This document shows, one piece after another, positions 46,388 to 57,906 of a stretch of DNA of 64,000 nt; position 1 is the stretch's first letter, and each line of letters starts with the position of its first letter. Source of the DNA: Ascoidea asiatica JCM 7603 (lineage: Eukaryota; Fungi; Ascomycota); contig BCKQ01000001.1 in NCBI GenBank assembly GCA_001600695.1, positions 119,325 through 183,324 on the forward strand, in the 5' to 3' direction. Under the pieces are notes generated by a model. That model saw only the letters and a list, made by a program, of their open reading frames with translations, had not been told where the DNA came from and ran no database searches. A program made the translations under genes and the position numbers.

Positions 46388-47360
46388 TAATTAAAAAATT
46401 AAACTATTTCAGAAATAAATAAAAAATTAAACCCAAAAACATGTTAGTTTTTAAATCATTTGATTATAAAAGTAGTCAAAATTTAAGATAAAACAAACAC
46501 TAATAATAATACAACCAAATTTTTCTTTTTTTATAAAAACTTTTCGTTTTTTTAATAAATAAATATTGAATCAGAAACAATAATAACGAACCAAAAAGGG
46601 AAAACGAAAACGAAAACGAAAAAGAAAAGAAAAAAGAAAAAGAACCATTATAAACTCATATATAGAAAAAGACAAAACATATTTAGTATATTCTAAACAC
46701 TTATCAAAAGTTTTCTGGGTCCTATTTTTGGGATTATCCCAGACATTGAGCACTTCTGATAATTCTGCAAACAGATAACTTCAATAACATCAGTTGAAGC
46801 TGAACTTCAAATCAAAGCAAAACAAATTGTTCCTTACAAAAAACAGAAGTTGAATCGAAAGCTCACAAAAGCAACACAAAAAACGAGAGCTAAAACCAAG
46901 AAACAACAAAATTTGCACTAAACTTAAGCATTGGCAATTTGTTGACACTTCTGACACTTCTGAGTCTGGTGAATTTGGTGAATTTGGTGAATTTGGTGAA
47001 TTTGAAAATGTTTTTGCGTTTTTTCAGGAAGTTTCGACGCCAAAACAGAAATAAGCCCAATCCGGTAATTATATGAATGGTTATATACAGGCTTAATCAC
47101 ATGGTCAATAAATAAATATTACCACTTAGGGTTTATTCCGGGTGCTGCTGAATTTGAATCAAAATTTGAGTTTGGATTTGGTGGATTTGGTGAAATAAAA
47201 AATAAACAATCAACAATAAAGAAGAAAAGAGAAGAGAAGAGAAGTGTTGACTGATATATTGGTGATCATCTGCTAGTTATTGTGCTTTTCTTTTGTTTGA
47301 TTATCTTCACAGCTTCCAGTTGAGATTCACATTCACTTTCAGATTAAGATTGAAATTGAA

Positions 47361-49094
47361 ATGAAAAGTTCTCTTCAGCTTTTTAAAAAAATGGTAAAAG
47401 ATTCAATAAAAATTGCTGTTGAGGGTTGTTCTCACAGTTCTTTAAATCATATTTATTATGAAATAGATAATCAAGTAAAACGTTTTAATATTAAAAGACC
47501 TGAATTATTAATAATTTGTGGAGATTTTCAAAGTGTAAGAAATAAAAATGATTTAAATTGTATTTCAATTCCAACAAAATATCAAAAAATTGGTGATTTT
47601 AGAGATTATTATATTGGTAAAAAAAAAGCTCCAATTTTAACAATATTTATTGGTGGTAATCATGAAGCTTCAAATTATTTAAATGAATTAAAATTTGGTG
47701 GGTTTATAGCTCCAAATATTTTTTATTTAGGTAAATCAAATGTAATTTTTTATAAAGGTTTAAAAATTTCTGGAATTTCTGGAATTTTTAATGATTATAA
47801 TTTTTATTTAAAAAATTTTGAAAAATTACCATATGATCAATCATCTTTAAGATCTATTTATCATTATAGAAAATTAGATTATTTTAAATTACTTTTATAT
47901 AATAAATTATTCTTAACTTCAAATGAAAATAATAATAAAAATTTCAATTCTAAAATAGATATTTTTTTATCTCATGATTGGCCAAAATATATTGAAAATT
48001 TTGGTAATCTTAAAGGTTTATTAAAAAATAAACCTTTTTTTAAAAAAGATATTCAAAGAAAACAATTAGGTTCTCCAATTGCAAATTTATTATTATTTAA
48101 TTTAAAACCAAAAAATTGGTTTAGTGCTCATTTACATACTAAATTTACTGCAACTGTTATTCATTCTTCAAAGGATAAAATTTATAAATTAAAATATTTA
48201 AATTCAATTTTTTCAACTTCTTTAAAACAATTCACTTCCATAGAAGATTTTAATAATTCAAATATTTCAAAAAAAAGAAAACAAGATGATTCTCATAATA
48301 ATAATGAAATTAGTCTAGATTTAGACTCAGACTTAAACTTAGATTCAAATTCAAATAATGTAAATGAAATTAATATAAATACTGAGAAAAGTGAGATTAT
48401 ATTAAATCCTAATGACTTAATTGGTGATAAAATACCTTTAATGGATAAAAAAAGAAAAATTAAAGATCTTTCAGATAATTCAAATACAAATGAAATAGAA
48501 TTAAACTCAAGTACTATTATAACTTCAAATGAAGAAAATATGGAATGTGAATCAAAAGAAAAAGATCCAATAGAGAATATAGAAGAAAATGAAAATGAAA
48601 ATAAAGATACAAACAAATTTAAAAAAGAGAATAGTATACCGATAGTCACCAAATTTTTAGCACTTGATAAATGTCTTAAAAAAAGAAAATTTCTTGAAAT
48701 TCTTGATATTCAAACATCAGAATTAAATCAAAATGGAGAAATTTCAAAAGATAATAATTTATATTATGATTTAAATTATATTAAAATTAATAAATTCATG
48801 AATAATTTTGTAAATACAATTGAATATCAAGCAATTACTAAAAATCAATTTTTAAATAATGATCAAATTAATTCAATTATTGATGAAATTTTAATAAAAT
48901 TTAAAAATCAAATTTTAAATGATAATGATCTTAATAAAATAACTCAACAAGATTTAATTATTGATCAAAATGATTTTAAAAGAGAAGTAAATGCATATGA
49001 TATAGATCCATCTTTATTAAATGATAGAATCAATACACAATCAATAAAATATTGTGAAAAATTTGGTATTGATTTTTATCAAGATACTTATTAA
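47361..49094 (+). CDS. DBR1: RNA lariat debranching enzyme
   Basis: IAVEGCSH, ICGDFQ, GGNHE, SHDWP, WFSAHLH and TKFLALDKCL motifs. Confidence 0.95.
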   Translation: MKSSLQLFKKMVKDSIKIAVEGCSHSSLNHIYYEIDNQVKRFNIKRPELLIICGDFQSVRNKNDLNCISIPTKYQKIGDFRDYYIGKKKAPILTIFIGGNHEASNYLNELKFGGFIAPNIFYLGKSNVIFYKGLKISGISGIFNDYNFYLKNFEKLPYDQSSLRSIYHYRKLDYFKLLLYNKLFLTSNENNNKNFNSKIDIFLSHDWPKYIENFGNLKGLLKNKPFFKKDIQRKQLGSPIANLLLFNLKPKNWFSAHLHTKFTATVIHSSKDKIYKLKYLNSIFSTSLKQFTSIEDFNNSNISKKRKQDDSHNNNEISLDLDSDLNLDSNSNNVNEININTEKSEIILNPNDLIGDKIPLMDKKRKIKDLSDNSNTNEIELNSSTIITSNEENMECESKEKDPIENIEENENENKDTNKFKKENSIPIVTKFLALDKCLKKRKFLEILDIQTSELNQNGEISKDNNLYYDLNYIKINKFMNNFVNTIEYQAITKNQFLNNDQINSIIDEILIKFKNQILNDNDLNKITQQDLIIDQNDFKREVNAYDIDPSLLNDRINTQSIKYCEKFGIDFYQDTY

Positions 49095-49795
49095 ATCATA
49101 TTGTTTATTTCTTTTATTTAAAAATTTAATTATATAAATTATAAAAAAATAATAGATACAAACAATTTTTAAAATTTTTATTTTTTTTTTAATCTCCTGT
49201 AAATTTTGAAATTTTAAAAAACATTTTTTTATTACACTTTTTCTTTTTCTCTCAAAAGCAAAATTTCTCTCTTATAATCTTATAAATACTTTCTAATCAA
49301 TAAAATTTCATAGTCATTGAATAACCTGTTTTCAATTTTTTTATTTTTTTCTACTTTATTCTATTTCAATAGTGTGTTCCTTCTTTACAATCTATCTTCT
49401 TTGTAGATATATATAATCAAATTTTTTTTTTTCTTTTTCTTTTTTTTTTTTTTATAAAAAAATACTTATAAAACTAGCCTGAAAAACTTATTTCATTAAA
49501 ACATAACAAACAATAGAGTAAAATAAAAATGGATACAAAATAATAAATAAAAATTAAATGATAAGCAAATTAAATTAAATAAAAATAGAAAGACAATAAT
49601 ACTGTTTGTTTTGTTGATAAAAAAAAATTTTAAAAAAAAGAGATATAAAAGAGGAGACGGAGAAAAAGGCAACAAAATTGTAAAAAAAATAAAAAAGCTT
49701 TTAGATAAATGAAGGATTTGGATAAAATAATAATATAAAAAAATATATTAAAAATTTAGCGAAAAAAATGCAGATCTTTTAAGTTCTCTTTTATG

Positions 49796-49853
49796 AAATA
49801 AAATAAAATAAAATAAAATAAAATAAAATAAAATAAAATAAAATAAAATAAAA
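49796..49853. repeat. (AAATA)n microsatellite
   Basis: About 11 perfect pentamer units. Confidence 0.9.
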
Positions 49854-50091
49854 TGAAATAAACAAATAAAAAAAAAAAGGGAAGAAAATAAGAATCAGTA
49901 GATATTCAAAGAGAAAGAGTTGAAAAGCTAAAAAAACAAAAATAAAAAAGGAAGAGAAAAAAAAGGAAGAGAAAAAGTTAGTAATACTAGTTAAAAGTAA
50001 GGATTAAAAGTATATTTATTAAGATAATAAGAGAAATAAATTAAGCCAAATTATGAGAAAAAAAATAGAACAAGAAGCAATTATTTAGTAA

Positions 50092-51249
50092 TTAAGCAGC
50101 AGTTTTAGAAATTTCAGGTTTTGGAACAGATTTTTCAATTGGCTTTTCAGTTGGTTTTTCAGTTGAAGTTTCAGAAGGTTTTTCAATTGATTTTTCAACT
50201 GGTTTTTCAACAGGTTTTTCAGTTGAAGATTCCTCAGGAGAAGTTTCAGATTTTGCATCAATTGCAACTTGAACTTTAATAACTCTATCATTTAAATTAA
50301 ATTCATTAAATTCTTTGATGAATTTTAATTGAATAGATTCATTTTCAAATTTAATAAAAGCAAAACCTCTACCTTTAATTCGTTTACCTTTTTCAATAAA
50401 AGATTTAGCAATAGCTTTTGGTAATCTTCTTGTTGGAATTTTAATCCAAACAGGATTATAACCTTTTTCAATAATTAAATCAGATAATTCTTTATTTGAT
50501 AAATTATAATTTAAATTAGAGATATAAACAGTTGTTTTTGAAGGAGTACCATTATCTAAAGAAACAGATTTTTTTAATGGTTTTGGTTCATTATCAGAAG
50601 TTGATTCATTTGAATTTGAATTTGAAGTTGAAGCAGAAGTTGATTCAGTTGAAGTAGTATTAGATGATTTTGATTTCTTATTTCTTTTTGATCTTTGTCT
50701 TTTATTATTTGATTTTTTTTGATCATCAGTATTACTAGTATTAGTATTATTATTATTATTATCAATATTAGTATTATTAGTTTCATTAGAATCATTATTG
50801 GATATAATTTTTTTAGATCTATCAATTGGAGGATGAGCTTTTTTAATTAAAATTTTTCTTTCATTTAATTGAATATTATTAAATTCTTCAATAAATTTAG
50901 GTAGATCATCTTTTGTTAATAAATTAATAAAAGCATAACCTTTTGGAGTTAATTTACCATTATATTTTCTTTTTGGAATATCAATATTATTAATTTTGAA
51001 ATTTTTAAATAAATTAATTAAATCATCTTCAGTAGTTTTGAAATCTAAATTACCTACATAAACACGAGATTCTAAATCAATTTCAGAAATTGGAGTTGCA
51101 GAAGAAGAAGAAGAAGTGGATGATGAGGAAGATAGTGCTGAGGTAGATGAAGCTGGAGTTGGAGTTTGAATTTCAGATTTTACTGATTCAGTTTTTAAAT
51201 CTGTTTTTGAAGGAACTTGAGCAGTTGCTGGAGATTCAGTGGATGCCAT
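50092..51249 (-). CDS. Two-RRM RNA-binding protein (Sbp1/Rrt5-like)
   Basis: RNP2/RNP1 pairs VYVGNL...KGYAFI and VYISNL...RGFAFI. Confidence 0.85.
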   Translation of the reverse strand: MASTESPATAQVPSKTDLKTESVKSEIQTPTPASSTSALSSSSSTSSSSSATPISEIDLESRVYVGNLDFKTTEDDLINLFKNFKINNIDIPKRKYNGKLTPKGYAFINLLTKDDLPKFIEEFNNIQLNERKILIKKAHPPIDRSKKIISNNDSNETNNTNIDNNNNNTNTSNTDDQKKSNNKRQRSKRNKKSKSSNTTSTESTSASTSNSNSNESTSDNEPKPLKKSVSLDNGTPSKTTVYISNLNYNLSNKELSDLIIEKGYNPVWIKIPTRRLPKAIAKSFIEKGKRIKGRGFAFIKFENESIQLKFIKEFNEFNLNDRVIKVQVAIDAKSETSPEESSTEKPVEKPVEKSIEKPSETSTEKPTEKPIEKSVPKPEISKTAA

Positions 51250-52245
51250 TTTGATTAATTGAAATTGAATTTGAAATTGAAATTGAGTTTGAATTTGAAA
51301 TTTAATAAAATATAAAGTGAAGTAAAAGTCAATTGAATTTTATTGAAATAAATTGAATTTTGAGATTGAAATATTTAATAAATTATAACAATAATGATTA
51401 ATTTAATGAATTGGAGATTAATAATATATTATTTTTGTTTAATTTAATTTAAATTTGAAATTATTAAAGGATTTTATAAATTATTTTATTTATTAAATTG
51501 ATTAATAAATCAGTGAAAAAAAAAAATAAGAAAAAGTTAGAGAAAATTTAGAAAATTTAGTGTGAGTTGACAGAACGGTAATCAGACAGAAGAAAGAAAA
51601 AAGAAGAAAGGTTTATGATAATTTTCCAAAGGGAGAAATTTTTAATTGTCAGCACAGCAAAAAAGTCATGGGAGGGAAAAGGCGGACCCGCAGCAGTGGT
51701 AGCAGCAGTGGGGAGTGGCTGGCAGTGGTAGAAAGCTGAAAGCGGTGTGGGTCACGGTGAACTAAGTGTGGTTGCAGAGAAACGCGTAGGTGTGCATGGG
51801 CGGATATTTGGGAAATCCGAGCATGGAAATAAAATTTATTTTTAACGGATCAGGATTTTATTTTATTAAATCCATTGGGGTGGATCTTACATGATTATAC
51901 TTATTAATACACTGTGGTGCCGCAACCATATATGCGGGTCTGGGCAAGCAAGAAGCCAATAATAAGTATCACCTTCCTTCCAATAGATTATCTGAATGGA
52001 AATGGTGAATTTTCAATAATGGTCCAATAATTATCGTTATTTATTACTTGAGTAATACTGGAGGTGATCATGAATAGAGAATAATAGAGAATAGTAACCA
52101 TGATAAAATATTGAATTTGTATATCTATAACTACAAATATTTATTTAGTTTGAATTGTGAGTTATGAGAGTGAAGTATATAAAATAAGAGAATTTAAATT
52201 TTTAAATAAGTAATCACATAATTGATTAGTTATTTATTTATTAAT

Positions 52246-52728
52246 TTATTTTAATTTATAAAAAAGTTTTGGAGCAGCACAATCATTTACACAATGTTGT
52301 AAATGAAAATATTCTTCTACACAATCTTCTTTATAATGTTTATCTGCATAATCTGGTTCTTCCATTTCTTTAGTTACTCTTTCAATACATTCATTATAAT
52401 GATGTAAAAAACCTACACAAGATTTACTTTCACTACAGTCTGCTTTTAATTTATCAAATGGATCTTGTTGTTCTTCTTCATCTTCATCTTCATCTTCATC
52501 TTCTTCGTCTTCATTATCTTCTTCGGCGTCTTCAGTTACCTCGATTTCTACTTCTTTTTCTTCCTATTAAAGTGATAATTGATTTCATGTTAGTACTTTT
52601 TTTTTCCCCAATATTTTGACATTTTAACAATATTCTTGTAGTAATATATAATTCATTGATTGACTACTTACTTCTTCAGCATATGCTGTTGGTAAAACTG
52701 ATTCTAACAAATCCTTTAAGTATTCCAT
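52246..52728 (-). CDS. QCR6: Cytochrome bc1 complex subunit 6 (hinge protein); exons 52672-52728 and 52246-52563
   Basis: GTAAGT...TACTAAC...TAG intron at 52564-52671. Acidic N-terminus followed by DPFDKLKADC...HHYNECIERV...EDCVEEYFHLQHCVNDCAAPKLF. Absent from the ORF track. Confidence 0.95.
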
Positions 52729-53522
52729 TTTGTTATTACTAAGATATATTTTTGAGTATGAATACTAATTATTGAATATTAATTATTGAATATAAATTAT
52801 TGTTATGTAATTATATTTAAATTTCTATTAATTTATCACAAATAATCTATTACTATTGTTATATTATTATCAATAATATTGAAATAATCAGACCTTGAAT
52901 AATCTCAGTAACTGAACTAACTGGGTTAAAATCATCCTTCGACACCAATTTCCAGCGCGCTTTCTGTGAGTGTGCTCTGAAGTCAGCTCAGTTAATTATC
53001 ACTACCGCTATTTATTAAATGCGCGCTATTATCTCTGCTCTAACGCTAGTTAAGCCAAGGTTTACCTCCAATTTCAGCGCCATCTGCGCAAAGTTATTCA
53101 TAGTGCCAGTATTCGCTGCGCTCTTTGTCAGCGCGCCCAAAAGCCCGCCGTGCGATTGGCTCCTGGGTTCCCGGGCTCATACTCAACACTGTCATCCAGC
53201 ATTAAGCTTATATTACTTGCCGCAACTTTCCAAAAATCATAAACAAAGCCACTTTCATGGGTCCCCTCTTTTTTTTTTAAAAAAATTTTTTAAAAACAAA
53301 GTACCGAATAACTGGTCTCATATATCCTATTGACTTTAAAATACAAATATCATTTAGATAAAGCATAATGTGAAAGAAACTTCATATTGTATTATGAACT
53401 ACAAAACAAAAAACTGAATATATGAATTGATTGAATAAAAATTTATTGGAAGAATATATAATTACTATAAAGAATAATAATAAATAAATGTAGAATAATA
53501 ATTAGAATGAACTAAGAATTAT

Positions 53523-54920
53523 TTAACACATTTGACAACTAGAACGTTGAGCTTCACAAGATGATCCATCATATCCACCTGCTTTTTGTGCTTTTGCAAT
53601 ACAAACATTAACTTCATCTAAACATTTATTAAAATCAACTGAACTTGAATAACATGAACTTGATGATGATGCAGTACTTGTGGCAGCAACTGAATCTGCT
53701 TCTGAACTAGCTTCTGAACTAACTGCTGAAGTTGAAGCAATTGAAGAGGTTGAAGAAATTAATGTTGTTGTTTTTGATGTTTCTAATGTTTCTGCTTCTG
53801 AAGTCTCAATAACTGATTCATATGCAGTTGAAGATGCTTCAATAGTTCCAAATGATGATGATATACTTTCACTTGAAACTTCAGTTGCAACTTCTGAAGT
53901 AGTTGCACTTTCAACAATTGATGAACTAATACTACTAGCAGATTCTGAAACAGCCACACTAGATGCAGAATAAACAGCTAAAGTAGATGAAACACTTTCT
54001 GAAGTAACTGCAGTAGTAGCTTCTGTACTAACAGCTGCAACTGTAGCTGCTGATTCAACTGAAGCTGCTGATGTAGATGCAACACTAGTTGAACTGACAA
54101 TTGTTGAAGAAGCTGAAGAAGAAACTGAAACTGCGGCTGATGATGATGAAGCTACAACTGCTGCTGCTGTAGCAGATCCTGTACTACCTCCTGCTGTATA
54201 TAATGTTGGTCCTGGAATAGTATATGTACTAATTCCATTATAAATATCACAATAAATTCCTGGATCTGTATCTTTATAAGCACCTGGAAATTTAACTGTA
54301 TCTGGTGATGCACTACCTCCTCCAGTAATTTTTAAATTTGCACACATTGGATAAAATTGTGCTTTATCAAGATTTTCTGCTTCATGTAATGCTAATAATT
54401 CATGTCTAATTAAATAATTTCCTGCAACAATATCTGATGGTATTGTAATTTCTCTTGAATTATTATTTGCAATTAATGTATCACTTGCCCATGTTGCTGA
54501 TGAAGAATCATATCCATCTTCATCAATCTTAAACCAATCTAAATCTGATGGTGTAACTGTTGTACAATCTCCATTACAATTAGCTAAATATGCCATTGTT
54601 GGTCCTTTATGACCTGATGGCCATGTTGTCCAAAACATTGTAACTGTTTTTCCTGCTTCTATAGTGGCTGTTAAAGCAGCTGCTGATGCTCCTTCATTAC
54701 ATGTAATATTAGTATTTGAAACATCAACAACTGGCCCATTACCTGCTGGAAAAAATGACCAAACAACTCTATCTGGAACTGGTGAAATATATTGATCTTG
54801 AAATGGATTAGATCCTATCCACCATGTTCCATCAACATCTAAATCAGAAACATATCCATGACTCATAACATATTTAGCACAACCTAATAAGGCGATAAAT
54901 AAACTTGAAGGTAATTGCAT
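53523..54920 (-). CDS. AA9 lytic polysaccharide monooxygenase (copy A) with Ser/Thr/Ala linker and C-terminal six-Cys module
   Basis: 20-aa signal peptide followed by His1 (HGYV), second brace His (GHKGP), GNYLIRHELLALH, QFYPMC (axial Tyr), DPGI and YTIPGP. Confidence 0.95.
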   Translation of the reverse strand: MQLPSSLFIALLGCAKYVMSHGYVSDLDVDGTWWIGSNPFQDQYISPVPDRVVWSFFPAGNGPVVDVSNTNITCNEGASAAALTATIEAGKTVTMFWTTWPSGHKGPTMAYLANCNGDCTTVTPSDLDWFKIDEDGYDSSSATWASDTLIANNNSREITIPSDIVAGNYLIRHELLALHEAENLDKAQFYPMCANLKITGGGSASPDTVKFPGAYKDTDPGIYCDIYNGISTYTIPGPTLYTAGGSTGSATAAAVVASSSSAAVSVSSSASSTIVSSTSVASTSAASVESAATVAAVSTEATTAVTSESVSSTLAVYSASSVAVSESASSISSSIVESATTSEVATEVSSESISSSFGTIEASSTAYESVIETSEAETLETSKTTTLISSTSSIASTSAVSSEASSEADSVAATSTASSSSSCYSSSVDFNKCLDEVNVCIAKAQKAGGYDGSSCEAQRSSCQMC

Positions 54921-56658
54921 TCTGGAATAATAAAATTTAAATAATTTTTATTTAATTATTTTTTTTTTTGTTTTGTAAATTGAATTGAACTGAATTGGTT
55001 TTTATTAAAGAAATTAAAGTTAATTTCTTAAAAAAAAGAGAAAAGTATTTTAAAAGGTAAAAGGAACGACTGAGTTATAATAATACTAATTGAAATAATA
55101 AAATAATATTTCAAAGATTATTATGTATATATTTTTGTTAATACTTCTATATTATTAATAATATTAATGATTATAGTAAATATATTTAAAGAATTGTTAT
55201 ATTAAGAAAAAAAAATTTGTTTCTGGTATCAATAATGGAAAAAATCCCTTTATTTTATATTCCATTCATCTTTCTTAGAAGTTCAGTAATCAATTGAATA
55301 TTGTTTGAAGATATCTCAAATATTATGAAAATCGAGTTCCAACTCACTGAAACCAAGAAATGGAATTTGAATAACAGTATTTGTTATTCACATTTCTCTT
55401 ATTTCTAATTGATTATTACCAAATTTAATACATGATTTTTACCATTCTTTTTCAAGTAAGCATTTCTTTTGATTTATTTTTTCAGATAATTGTTTTGATC
55501 TTCAGATAATTTTAAAACAAAATCACCGATTGTTCATTTCAATGTTATCTTGTTATCATGTTATTTTCAAATTCTCAAATTTTATGAACCTGCCCAATAA
55601 CTTTATTCTTTCTACATAACTCTAATAGAAAAACCATCACAGTTTAATATTTAACACTTTTTTAAACAATTTTATTAAATAACACTAATAACACTCATTC
55701 TTCCGATAATTACCTCTAATAATCATCACTCATATTCAGAATTGGGAATAAAGAAAATCTATCTCAATTAATAATTTTAGCCTATTGATTTTTATTGCAT
55801 TGTTCAATAAAAGAATCTTTGTTTTTAAAGTTTGTATCATCTTTTTCAAGTGCATTTCAAAACCGACAATCAATTGGTAACTCAGACAAAAATTAAATAC
55901 ACATAAGTCTAAATAATAAAAATTCTCTAAAACTTTTCAAATATTATATTTTGATCTTCATTAATAGCACATTAATTCAAAGGCAAAAAACTTTGTGGAG
56001 TTCAATTTGATATTAAATCTTACATGGTCTAACTTTTGGATTATTTACTTCATGCTTTCTGACTTCAAGATTTTGTTCTGATACAATTGGAAATATAATT
56101 GTTAGAAAAGCAATTTAGGTATTTGCAGCTTGTATTTGAAGATTTAATAATTGAAATAAAAGTGAAAACTGCACGTTTTATGCAGAAGCAAAAAAAAAGA
56201 CTTAGTAACAAAATACGAGTTTAGAGTTGACTTAGTTAAGATCTGGATAGTTTTAATTCTGATTATAGAATATATCTAAATTAAAAATAAATGAATCAAG
56301 AATAGTAAACGAATTTTACATAAGAGAATTATTCTTTTGATAATATCATTGAAATTTCAACGTCATTCAAATTCAACAATGCACCACAATAAATAGCTTG
56401 GCCTATAATTAAAAAAGTTGTTAATTCTGCAACAAATTGATTTGAATAACAAATATTTACAAATTTAAGTAGAACGGTAATAAAATCGACATAGAAATCT
56501 GTCAATTACATAAAAAAAATTTGAGTAAAACAAAATAGTATTCTTGTATTAAAGTAATCGAATAAAAAGAAAATTGGAATATGTTTAAAAAATTGAACTG
56601 AAATTGGATAGGGAAAATAATCTCATAGAGAAATTTAGTTTATAACTTTAAAAATTAA

Positions 56659-57906
56659 TTAACACATTTTACAACTTGAACGACCAGTTTCACAAGAAGA
56701 ACCATCATATCCACCAGCTTTTTGAGCAGATTGAATGCAAACATTAATTTTATCTAAACATTTGTTGAAATCAACAGAGTTTGAGTAACAAGAAGATGAT
56801 GAGGATTCAGTGGTTGAAGCAGCAGTAGTTGCAGCAGCAGAGCTTGTACTTGGTTCACTTTCAGCGGATGTAGTAACAGCGGCAGAAGAAGAGGCAACTG
56901 GTGCTAAAGTGGTGGTTTCTGCTTCTTCGGCAGGGGAAGTAGTAGCAGCTTCAAAAGCAGTGGATGAAGCTTCTAATGTAGCATTATAAGCATCAGCAGA
57001 AGAAACTAAAGAAGTAGCTTTTGAGGATACAACTGAAGCAACAGTAGCTGAAGAAGAAACATCGGCAGCAGAAACGGTGGCAGCAGAAGCAGTTGATGAG
57101 GAGGCAGAAGCAACTGCAGAAGAAACAACAGCCGATGAGCTTTCAGCAACTACGGCAGCAGCAGTGGCGGTTGATGAGGAACCATAAACAGTTGGACCTG
57201 GAATGGTATAAGTAGTTAAAGAATTGTAAATATTGACTAAAATACCTGGATCAGAAGCAGAATAAGCACCTGGGAATGAAACACCACTTGGAGTAGCAGA
57301 ACCAGTACCACTAACTTTCAAGTTGGCACACATTGGATAAAATTGAGCACCACTTGCATCATAGGCACTATGTAAAGCTAATAATTCATGTCTTAACATA
57401 TAATTACCTGCAGCAATATCTGAAGGAACTGTAAAAGTATAAGAATTGTTATTTGCAATTAAAGTTGTAGTAGCCCAGGTTTCAGTTGATGCATCATAAC
57501 CATCTTCGGCGATTTTAAACCAAGATAATGATGATGGAGTTGCATCTGAACAGTCACCACCACAATCAGCTAAATAAGTCATAATTGGACCTTTATGAGA
57601 ATCAGGCCATGTAGTCCAGTACATTGTAATATCTGCACCAGCATCTACAGAAGCAGTTAAAGCAGCAGCTTGTGCATCGACATTACAAACAATATCATTT
57701 GAGGTAACATCTTCAACTGGACCATTACCTGCAGTGAAAAATGACCAAACAATTCTTTCTGGAACTGGTGATGTATATTGATCTGTATATGGAAGAGAAC
57801 CAGTCCACCAAGTATCACCAACTTTAAGGTCTTGAACAATACCATGAGATAAAGCATATTTAGCACAAGCTAATAAAGAGATTAAGAAACCTGAAGATAA
57901 TTGCAT
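56659..57906 (-). CDS. AA9 lytic polysaccharide monooxygenase (copy B) with Ser/Ala linker and C-terminal six-Cys module
   Basis: Signal peptide followed by HGIV; SHKGP, GNYMLRHELLALH, QFYPMC, DPGILVNIY and YTIPGP. Confidence 0.95.
   Translation of the reverse strand: MQLSSGFLISLLACAKYALSHGIVQDLKVGDTWWTGSLPYTDQYTSPVPERIVWSFFTAGNGPVEDVTSNDIVCNVDAQAAALTASVDAGADITMYWTTWPDSHKGPIMTYLADCGGDCSDATPSSLSWFKIAEDGYDASTETWATTTLIANNNSYTFTVPSDIAAGNYMLRHELLALHSAYDASGAQFYPMCANLKVSGTGSATPSGVSFPGAYSASDPGILVNIYNSLTTYTIPGPTVYGSSSTATAAAVVAESSSAVVSSAVASASSSTASAATVSAADVSSSATVASVVSSKATSLVSSADAYNATLEASSTAFEAATTSPAEEAETTTLAPVASSSAAVTTSAESEPSTSSAAATTAASTTESSSSSCYSNSVDFNKCLDKINVCIQSAQKAGGYDGSSCETGRSSCKMC

Noticed and set aside
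34857-49094. U6 and DBR1 considered as a splicing gene cluster
   Set aside because: They are 12 kb apart and separated by unrelated genes, consistent with chance.
51968-52010. Imperfect hairpin considered as a snoRNA
   Set aside because: No convincing C/D or H/ACA box arrangement or guide sequence could be identified by eye.
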